The translations under genes and the position numbers were made by a program. Below the pieces are notes generated by a model. That model ran no database searches and had not been told where the DNA came from. It was given only the letters and a program-made list of their open reading frames with translations. A stretch of DNA of 64,000 bases. It comes from Acutalibacteraceae bacterium (GTDB taxonomy: Bacteria; Bacillota; Clostridia; Oscillospirales; Acutalibacteraceae). Positions 53,994 through 61,786 of this stretch are shown here, in pieces. The first letter of the stretch is position 1, and each line of letters opens with the position of its first letter. The DNA lies in contig JAZQFG010000050.1 of NCBI GenBank assembly GCA_045539375.1, forward strand, positions 68,589-132,588, read 5' to 3'.

Positions 53994-54852
53994 AGTCAGT
54001 CAAGAACAACATCAGACCCACCAACGGGCATTGCTGACCCTGCTGGCGGAATTTGACCGGGTGTGTCGGGCGTTGGAGATCCCATACACCCTATTCGCCG
54101 GCACGATGCTGGGGGCGGTTCGCCATCAGGGATTCATCCCTTGGGATGACGACCTGGATATTTTGATGCTGCGGTCGGATTATGACCGCTTTCTGGAGCA
54201 GGCAGAACAGGTGCTGGATACAGAGCGGTTCTATTTGCAAAAAGAGTTTTCCGCCCACTGGCCTATGTTTTTCTCCAAACTGCGTTTGAATCATACAACG
54301 TGCCTGGAAAAATTCCATCCCAAGGATCCTATGGTCCATCAGGGAATCTATATTGACCTCTTCCCCTGCGATAATGCGGCAGGTACTTCCTTGGGGCGCA
54401 AGATGCAGTTTTGGGCGTCCAAGGTGGTGATTGCCAAAGCACTGGATCGCCGGGGATATGAAACGGACAGCCTGTCCAAAAAGCTGTTTATGGGCTTGTG
54501 CCGGTTGTTGCCGCAGAAATTATTTCTGCGGATTGCCAAGGGTGGGCGTTCCGATAGCCGCTGTGTACATAGTTTTTTTGCAGCGGCACGCAGCTATGAC
54601 AAAAACGTGTATTCCCGCAGCTGGTTGACCGAGAGCGTCGCGATGCCCTTTGAGAACGGATCGTATCCGGTATCCACCCACTATGATACGTTGCTGACGC
54701 TGTTTTACGGCGACTATCGGCAGCTACCCCCTCCGGAGGAGCGCCGGTGCAAGCAGCACGCCATTCTGGTGGATACAGAGCATTCCTATGAGCATTACGC
54801 CCATTATCGGGACGATATGACCTTTGAGGTTTATACCAGAAGCATTCGCTGA
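53980..54852 (+). CDS. licD: LicD-family phosphotransferase
   Basis: YTLFAGTMLGAVRHQGFIPWDDDLDILM and IYIDLFPCD motifs. The ATG at 53980 follows GGGAG and overlaps the GT2 stop. Confidence 0.85.
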   Translation: MPLFEVSQEQHQTHQRALLTLLAEFDRVCRALEIPYTLFAGTMLGAVRHQGFIPWDDDLDILMLRSDYDRFLEQAEQVLDTERFYLQKEFSAHWPMFFSKLRLNHTTCLEKFHPKDPMVHQGIYIDLFPCDNAAGTSLGRKMQFWASKVVIAKALDRRGYETDSLSKKLFMGLCRLLPQKLFLRIAKGGRSDSRCVHSFFAAARSYDKNVYSRSWLTESVAMPFENGSYPVSTHYDTLLTLFYGDYRQLPPPEERRCKQHAILVDTEHSYEHYAHYRDDMTFEVYTRSIR

Positions 54853-54888
54853 ATCGGTTATCAACATACAATGACGGAGCATACGACA

Positions 54889-55692
54889 ATGGATCTGCAG
54901 GTTTTGGTTGCCACGATGGAGCAACAAAATTTGAATATTGCACAGCGTATGAATATACACTGCGATGCGGTCATTGCGAACCAGGCGGATCGTGACGAGG
55001 TGGAGTGTGTCCATTCCCCGTGGGGGGAATGGAAGATGATCACCACCGCCACCCGTGGTGTGGGACGCAATCGGAATATTGCCATTTCCTATGCTGAGGC
55101 ACCGCTGCTGTTGATGGCGGATGATGATATGGTGTACAACGACGATATGCCGCAACGGGTGGTGGAGGCCTTTGAGCAGAATCCGCAGGCGGACGTGCTC
55201 GTTTTCGGGCTGGATATCCTTCGGGATGGTGTTGTCACCGAAAAGCGCATCGATCCCCGACGACGGTTGCGGATATGGAATGCGATGCGTTACGGCACCT
55301 GCCGTGTGGCGATCCGTCGTCAGGCGTTGCTGGAGCACCATATTACTTTTAATGAGAACTTTGGTGGCGGTTGCCCCTTTAGTGCAGGAGAGGACAGCTT
55401 GTTCTTAAAGGCGTGTTTTGATTGCGGTCTGCAGGTGTACACCTATCCGTATACATTGGGCACCTGCAGTAAGGATACCTCCACTTGGTTCACAGGCTAT
55501 AACGAGAAATATTTTTACGATAAGGGAGTGCTGGTACGGCAGCTGTTTCCCCGCAGTGCGTATCTGATGGCACTGTATTTCGGCGCTCGATTTAAGCGAG
55601 AAACGACGGTTGGCTTGCTGAAACGACTGCAATTGGTGTATGCAGGGGTGCGCGGGGGAAAACGAATGATCCCGTATGCGGAGACGCTATGA
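54889..55692 (+). CDS. GT-A fold glycosyltransferase (GT2-like, short)
   Basis: LQVLVATMEQ...RGVGRNRNIAI...LLMADDDMVY (DxD). The start is either 54871 or 54889. Confidence 0.6.
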   Translation: MDLQVLVATMEQQNLNIAQRMNIHCDAVIANQADRDEVECVHSPWGEWKMITTATRGVGRNRNIAISYAEAPLLLMADDDMVYNDDMPQRVVEAFEQNPQADVLVFGLDILRDGVVTEKRIDPRRRLRIWNAMRYGTCRVAIRRQALLEHHITFNENFGGGCPFSAGEDSLFLKACFDCGLQVYTYPYTLGTCSKDTSTWFTGYNEKYFYDKGVLVRQLFPRSAYLMALYFGARFKRETTVGLLKRLQLVYAGVRGGKRMIPYAETL

Positions 55693-56861
55693 AAGAACTA
55701 TTGATTGTTAACAACAATATGAAAGTGGGCGGCGTGCAGAAGAGCCTGTACAATCTGCTGTGGTCTTTGGATCCGGCGGAATATCGGGTAACGCTGCTGC
55801 TGTTTTCCAAGGACGGTGCTTATCTGGATAACCTACCGGATACCGTCCGTGTGACAGAGGTCACCGGCCCGTTTCGTCTTTTCGGAAAGAGTCAGGACGA
55901 ATATACGGGTTTGGATGCCCTTAAGCGAGGTTTTTTGGCCGTTGTCAGCCGTTTCTTGGGGCGGGATGCCGCCGTGTGGCTGATGCGGCGTTGCCAACCT
56001 CGGCTGACCGAGCGGTATGATTGCGCTATATCGTTTTTGAATAACGGACCGACAGAGGTCTTTTACGGTGGCGCGCAGGATTACGTGCTGTATTGTGTAG
56101 AGGCGGCACGCAAGGTGGTGTTCCTCCACAGCGATTATCAAAAGAGCGGTGCCAATCAGCCCGCCAACAATCGGATGATGGAACGCTTTGACGTGATCGC
56201 GGCCTGTTCCGAGGGGTGTCGTCGTTGTTTTGTGTCGGCGCTGCCCCATTTGGCGGATCGCTGTGTGGCGGTACCCAATTGCCACCGCTATGATGAGATC
56301 CGTGAATTGGCGGATCGCGATTTGGTTGAGTACAAAAAGGATGAGATCCATGGAGTCACAGTATCCCGTATGACCCCACGCAAGGGTTTGGATCGGGGTA
56401 TTCGGGCGGTGGCTGCGGCCCGTTCCCGGGGGATACCGTTGACGCTGCATATTGTCGGTGAAGGACCGATGTGGAATAGCTTGCAGACGCTCGCCCAAGA
56501 ACTGGGGGTGTCGGAAGCGGTGCTGTTCCACGGTCAGCAGGAGAATCCCTATCCCTACATAAAACAGGCGGATTTCCTGTTGCTGCCCTCCTATCACGAG
56601 GCGGCACCGATGGTGATCGACGAGGCTCGTTGTTTGGGGGTGCCGATCCTGAGCACCGAGATCATCTCGACCCAAGAGATGGTGATACAGGCGCAGGCCG
56701 GGTGGGTCTGTGCCAACGATCAGGAGGCACTGACCGATATGGTGTGCCGTGTCGCCGCGGATCGCGACGGCCTTGCAGAGGTGAAAGCCCGATTGGCGCA
56801 GGAGCAGCCGGATAACCGTATGGCACTGGCGCAATTTGCTGTTGCTGTGACCGGTGAATGA
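55689..56861 (+). CDS. GT4 family (GT-B) glycosyltransferase
   Basis: MKVGGVQKSLYNLL N-terminus and the C-terminal EAAPMVIDEARCLGVPILST E-x7-E region. ATGA overlap with the previous gene. Confidence 0.85.
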   Translation: MKELLIVNNNMKVGGVQKSLYNLLWSLDPAEYRVTLLLFSKDGAYLDNLPDTVRVTEVTGPFRLFGKSQDEYTGLDALKRGFLAVVSRFLGRDAAVWLMRRCQPRLTERYDCAISFLNNGPTEVFYGGAQDYVLYCVEAARKVVFLHSDYQKSGANQPANNRMMERFDVIAACSEGCRRCFVSALPHLADRCVAVPNCHRYDEIRELADRDLVEYKKDEIHGVTVSRMTPRKGLDRGIRAVAAARSRGIPLTLHIVGEGPMWNSLQTLAQELGVSEAVLFHGQQENPYPYIKQADFLLLPSYHEAAPMVIDEARCLGVPILSTEIISTQEMVIQAQAGWVCANDQEALTDMVCRVAADRDGLAEVKARLAQEQPDNRMALAQFAVAVTGE

Positions 56862-56949
56862 TAGCACCATAAATTATGTATATAAATGGGGACAATGCCC
56901 GTATATATAAATTTCAGTTCATCTATTTTGATACGAAGGAGAGAAGACA

Positions 56950-59900
56950 ATGCTGAATAAGATGAGTGCAAAAATATTGTCTTTTGTCTTGGCACTGCTG
57001 ATGCTGGTCGGAATGATGCCGATCACTGCATTGGCTGCCGGCAACGTGACAAACTATGCCGACTTTTTGGCGAATCTGAAGCAGCTGGAGATCTATGCGG
57101 ACGAATTCGCCGCACAGTCCAGCCGCGATGCCGGTGAGTTGGTGCTGAACTTCATCCGTACCGGTGTGGAGCGTTACCAGGATGGTAACTGGGCCGCACT
57201 GGCGGGTCAGGAGATCACCGTTTTCACGGAATACGTAGAGGCGCAGGATGCCGCCAACGGCACCACCGCGATGGATCTGCGTGATATCGTGATTAAGGAC
57301 TTTAAGCTTCCGAACGGGAACCCCTCTGACTTTGGCCATATGTTCGGCACGATGAACATTTCCTACGTGGCGTCGGCGGTACAGTCGGATGACCTGGCCG
57401 GTTGGGCGGGCGATCTGTGCGATCTGTTGTATTTTTCCGCAGAGCGCGCCAACGTGCCGGAGGGCACGGTGGACGAGATGGCCGCCTATATCCTGGAGCA
57501 TTGCTTCGGCGTGGATGCGGATGACGCATTTGGCTGGGATGATTTCTACGGCGATATGGATGCCTATTACCTCATTAGCGAGTACGAGGCAGGCAACGGC
57601 AGCTACAGCGAGCTGATGGAGGCCTATTTCACCGCCGACCTGAGCGATACGGACCGCGCGGTGTATTTTCTGAATAACCGCTTCTCCGGTCAGGTGACCC
57701 GTGAGGCTGTGCGCACGGCGCTGTACAATGCCTATCGCACTAACGTGGGCATTCAGATCCTGGAGGCGGACCGCGCCATCAGCGATTATGACACCCTGCG
57801 TCAGGCCAGCTGTTATGCTCTGGCAGATTATCTGTTTGAGCACGCCGAGGGTCAGCTGGAGGCTGGCGGCAACGAGGGCGATGAGGAAGAAGATCAGCCG
57901 GATAACGGCTATTATTCCGTATTCTCCACCACCTCCTCCGTTTTGGCCCCCGGCATTACGCAGGACATTCATTATGCCCGTTCTGCTGACGGTAAGCAGA
58001 TGGTCTATTACGTGGCCACGGTGGATGTGACCCGTGATGACGTGACCATTATGGCGAACTATAAGGATAATGATCCCTCTAAGGGCTGGGGTATGCAGCG
58101 CGTGGAGGATCAGGTGGCCGCATTGGTAAAGAACAACGCCCACTTGGAGAATTTCACTCCTGTTGTTGCCACCAATGGTGACGGCTTTAATACCACGACC
58201 GGCCAGCCCGGCGGTCTGCTGCTGATGCAGGGTGTGGAATGGCATCCTGTGGATGGTGACGGCTTCTTCGGTATTCTGAAGGACGGCACCGCCATCATCG
58301 GCACCAAGGCGGATTATGAGGCGAACAAGGATCAACTGCAGGAAGGTATCGGCGCCTTTGGCTCCGGTAAGCTGTTGGTGCAGAACGGCGCGCTGGCTTC
58401 CGGCGCTACCGATGGCAACCGCGCCAGTCGCACCGCAATCGGTATCAAGGCGGATGGCTCGGTGGTTATGATGGTTATGGATGGCCGTCAGGAGCCCTTC
58501 TCCTGCGGCGGTAGCCTGGCCGAGATCGCTCAGGTGATGCTGGAGGCCGGCTGTGTGACGGCTGTTAACCTGGACGGCGGCGGCTCCACCACCTATATGT
58601 CCAAGCCCGAGGGCAGCGATACCATTCAGGTGGTTAACCGTCCCTCCGACGGTTATGCCCGTAGTGTGGCCGCTACTCTGGTGGCGGTTTCCACCGCTAA
58701 GTCTTCCAAGGAATTTGACCGTGCCATCATCCAGTCGGATTACGACTATCTGACCAAGGGCACGCAGTTGAAAATGACTGCCGTCGGCGTCAATAATATC
58801 GGCTCCTCCGCCGTGATTCCCGAGGGCGCGTATTGGCAGGTCTCGGATGAGTCGTTGGGCTCTATTTCCGAGGATGGTGTGTTCACCGCCGTGGGTTGCA
58901 CCTGCGAGTGGGCCGGCACCTGTGACGTGTGCGTGAATCCTCTGCCGGAGGATGCGCAGGTGGAGGTCCGCCTGATGGTAGGCGACCAGGTGGTAGGATC
59001 TAAGACGCTGCACGTGGTTGTTCCCGACACCCTGGAGTTCACGGAAAAGACGCTGACTCTGATCTATGACGTGACCTCCGAACTGCCGCTGGCGGCCTAT
59101 TACAACGGCAATCCCGTGGCGATGAACGCCAATGATATTTTCACCGGCTGTTTGGAGAGCGAAGAGTGGGCCGTTTTTGACGGCTTCAACGTCACCGCGC
59201 TGCAAGAGGCCGGCGCCCGCGCGATGACCGTGTTCGCTATCGTGCTGGAGAACGAGGATGCCTATTGCGAGATTCGGGCCTCTATGTTCCGCGCGGATGA
59301 GGCTACCTTTGATTTCGATCAGGCCACTGCAGGTAACCGCACTTTGGCCTGGAACCGTGAGGTGCTCAACGCCACCACCACGGATAAAATGAATTATACG
59401 GTGACCGATCCTACTAAGGGCGTAACCCTGGGATACACCTTTGCGTTGGATATGACCACCATTGAGATCCCCGCCCATTTGGCAGACATCGTGTTTATGC
59501 TGCCCAACTCGGACAATCAGGGCGATTCCGCTTTTGGCTATATGTTGGCTTTGGCGGAGCGTGTCAGTATCCTGACCGAGGTGCGTATCACTGCCCAGTT
59601 TGATAAGGATCTGGACGTGGACGTGTCCGAACTGCAGGTATTTAATGACTACTTTGAGCTGAAATCCGCCACGGTGGATGAGAATAACCAGTTGACTATG
59701 GTATGCAACTGGATCGACCGCACCGAGGCGATTGACCAGACCACGGCCAACCCGCTGTGCATTCTGGCCGGTATCAAAGCGACTCCTAAGGACGGTGTCT
59801 GGAACGGCAACGAGCTGATCGTGGCCAACTCCGGTAACGTCAGCTACGACGTGTATCTGCGTGCCTCCTCTCTGTATTCCTTCGCACAGAAGCCGGAGAA

Positions 59901-61695
59901 CCAGCAGAAATACGGCCTGCAGCCCTATGTTTCCAGCGAGACCGGCTGGGAGGGCGGCACCGAGACCGGTGCCCACTATTCCAGCGTGTACGCCGATTTT
60001 GAGGATGGCTTTATCATCAATAACGAGGTGCGTCAGGGCTGGTTTAAGGAGAACGGTGAGTACCTGTATTACGTTGATCACAAGCCGGTGACCGGTGTGC
60101 AGTACGTCCCCTCCCGTGAGGACGCAGCCGTCTCTCTGTTCTACGAATTTGATGAAAACGGCGTGTGCCGCGGAAAGCTGTCCGGCACCGTCAACTACAA
60201 TGGCGGTCTGTATTACGCTGTTAACGGCGAAAAGACCACCGGCTGGATCTCCGGTTATGATGCCGAGGGCAACTCGGTCGATTATTACTTTGATCCTGCT
60301 ACCGGTAAGGCGGTAGACGGCGTGCAGAAGATTGCCGGCTATACCTATACCTTTACCGATCATATCCTGACCCGCGGCGATCTGGTAACCGATGCTAACG
60401 GTACCCGCTACAGATGGGCCGGTCGCTGGCTCCATGGTCAGTGGTTCCAGGTGGATGGTAATTGGTACGCCACCAAGAAGTACATTTATTATGTGGTTAC
60501 CGGTTTTGTCAACGTACCTGCCAAGGACGTTCCCGATTGGAAGTGGCACCTGTTTGATGATAAGGGTGTTTTCCAAGAGGATTATACCGGCATTTACCTC
60601 TATAACGGGGATACCTATTACGTGAAAAACGGTCTGCGCGACAGCACGGCCGGTCTGGTTTATGAGGATGGGTATTATTACTTTATCAATCCCGCGGATG
60701 CCAAGGCGTATAAGAATCGCACCGCGTGGATCAACCGCACCAACGGTTTGGTGCCTGCCGGCCGATACACCTTTGATGAGAATGGTCGGATGGTGGATCC
60801 TCCCGTAACGGAGCCCGATGTGCCGGATGTTCCGGACGTGCCCGATATTCCCGACGTTCCGGATGTTCCCGACGTACCGGATGAGCCGGTAGATCCTACC
60901 CTCAACGGTATTATCGAGCAGGACGGCATACTGTATTATTACGTCGACGGCGTGTGCCAGAGAGGTAACGGCGTTGTAAAACTGACGGATGACAACGGCG
61001 AGGAGTTCTACATTTACGTGCGCTCCAACGGTCAGTTGGCGGTAGGCACCTATTGGATCACCGTCACCAACGGTCTGCTGACCAAGGGTAAATACACCTT
61101 TGATGCCAATGGTAAGTATTACGTGCCCGCGGAACAGCCGGATCCTGATGTCCCCGCTGTCAAAAATGGTGTTATCACCGATGAGGATGGTATTGTACGG
61201 TACTATATCAACGGTGTGCGTCAGATCAATCTGGGCGTTCTCAAATTGGTGGATGAAAACGGTCTGACCTATTACATCTACGTGCGCTCCAACGGCCAGC
61301 TGGCCACCGGCGTATACTGGCCCACAGTCCGTAACGATCTCCTGCCTCGTGGCGGTTATGATTGGGGTGCTGACGGTAAGTATTATCCCCCCACCGTTAC
61401 CCCCGATCCTGATGAGCCGGAGATTCCTGACGAGCCGGATACTCCCGTTGAGCCGGAGATTAAGAACGGCATCTACGAGGAGAACGGAGACAATTATTAT
61501 TACGTCAATGGCGTCAAGCAGAAAGGTATCGGCGTTGTGAAACTGACCGATGAGACCGGCGCAACCTTCTACATCTATGTTCGTACCAACGGCCAGTTGG
61601 CTACCGGTATTTACTGGCCCACTGTCCGTAACGATCTGCTTCCCCGCGGCCCCTATGATTGGGGCACCGACGGTAGATATTACCCTGCCGTTTAA
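56950..61695 (+). CDS. 1581-aa secreted multidomain protein: phosphodiester glycosidase (NAGPA/DUF2233-like) domain, Ig-like region, cell-wall-binding-type repeats, PDV linker, three C-terminal ~85-aa repeats
   Basis: Signal peptide MLNKMSAKILSFVLALLMLVGMMPITALAAG. VATNGDGF...RTAIGIKADGSVVMMVMDGRQ...AVNLDGGGSTT (about 58160-58610) matches the phosphodiester glycosidase family. GW/YY-rich repeats run from about 60037. GAAGGAGAG RBS. Confidence 0.85.
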   Translation: MLNKMSAKILSFVLALLMLVGMMPITALAAGNVTNYADFLANLKQLEIYADEFAAQSSRDAGELVLNFIRTGVERYQDGNWAALAGQEITVFTEYVEAQDAANGTTAMDLRDIVIKDFKLPNGNPSDFGHMFGTMNISYVASAVQSDDLAGWAGDLCDLLYFSAERANVPEGTVDEMAAYILEHCFGVDADDAFGWDDFYGDMDAYYLISEYEAGNGSYSELMEAYFTADLSDTDRAVYFLNNRFSGQVTREAVRTALYNAYRTNVGIQILEADRAISDYDTLRQASCYALADYLFEHAEGQLEAGGNEGDEEEDQPDNGYYSVFSTTSSVLAPGITQDIHYARSADGKQMVYYVATVDVTRDDVTIMANYKDNDPSKGWGMQRVEDQVAALVKNNAHLENFTPVVATNGDGFNTTTGQPGGLLLMQGVEWHPVDGDGFFGILKDGTAIIGTKADYEANKDQLQEGIGAFGSGKLLVQNGALASGATDGNRASRTAIGIKADGSVVMMVMDGRQEPFSCGGSLAEIAQVMLEAGCVTAVNLDGGGSTTYMSKPEGSDTIQVVNRPSDGYARSVAATLVAVSTAKSSKEFDRAIIQSDYDYLTKGTQLKMTAVGVNNIGSSAVIPEGAYWQVSDESLGSISEDGVFTAVGCTCEWAGTCDVCVNPLPEDAQVEVRLMVGDQVVGSKTLHVVVPDTLEFTEKTLTLIYDVTSELPLAAYYNGNPVAMNANDIFTGCLESEEWAVFDGFNVTALQEAGARAMTVFAIVLENEDAYCEIRASMFRADEATFDFDQATAGNRTLAWNREVLNATTTDKMNYTVTDPTKGVTLGYTFALDMTTIEIPAHLADIVFMLPNSDNQGDSAFGYMLALAERVSILTEVRITAQFDKDLDVDVSELQVFNDYFELKSATVDENNQLTMVCNWIDRTEAIDQTTANPLCILAGIKATPKDGVWNGNELIVANSGNVSYDVYLRASSLYSFAQKPENQQKYGLQPYVSSETGWEGGTETGAHYSSVYADFEDGFIINNEVRQGWFKENGEYLYYVDHKPVTGVQYVPSREDAAVSLFYEFDENGVCRGKLSGTVNYNGGLYYAVNGEKTTGWISGYDAEGNSVDYYFDPATGKAVDGVQKIAGYTYTFTDHILTRGDLVTDANGTRYRWAGRWLHGQWFQVDGNWYATKKYIYYVVTGFVNVPAKDVPDWKWHLFDDKGVFQEDYTGIYLYNGDTYYVKNGLRDSTAGLVYEDGYYYFINPADAKAYKNRTAWINRTNGLVPAGRYTFDENGRMVDPPVTEPDVPDVPDVPDIPDVPDVPDVPDEPVDPTLNGIIEQDGILYYYVDGVCQRGNGVVKLTDDNGEEFYIYVRSNGQLAVGTYWITVTNGLLTKGKYTFDANGKYYVPAEQPDPDVPAVKNGVITDEDGIVRYYINGVRQINLGVLKLVDENGLTYYIYVRSNGQLATGVYWPTVRNDLLPRGGYDWGADGKYYPPTVTPDPDEPEIPDEPDTPVEPEIKNGIYEENGDNYYYVNGVKQKGIGVVKLTDETGATFYIYVRTNGQLATGIYWPTVRNDLLPRGPYDWGTDGRYYPAV
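60814..60885 (+). repeat. Eight tandem 9-bp (Pro-Asp-Val/Ile) units inside the giant gene
   Basis: CCC GAT GTG / CCG GAT GTT / CCG GAC GTG / CCC GAT ATT / CCC GAC GTT / CCG GAT GTT / CCC GAC GTA / CCG GAT GAG, all codon-aligned. Confidence 0.9.
60901..61692 (+). repeat. Three tandem ~255-300-bp coding repeats (C-terminal modules R1-R3)
   Basis: Units start at 60901, 61159 and 61459. Consensus is NG.I.E.G...YYV.GV.Q.G.GV.KL.DE.G..FYIYVR.NGQLATG.YWPTVRNDLLPRG.YDWG.DG.YY. Confidence 0.85.
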
Positions 61696-61714
61696 TTCCC
61701 TTTTGTTAAGGTGA

Positions 61715-61744
61715 GGGTGTCCGTCCCAAAGCGGACGGACACCC
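61715..61744 (+). terminator. 12-bp stem hairpin after the giant gene (no T-run)
   Basis: GGGTGTCCGTCC-CAAAGC-GGACGGACACCC. Confidence 0.4.
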
Positions 61745-61786
61745 CCGCATGGATCGATATTAACACACAATGAAAGGAACATTGCA

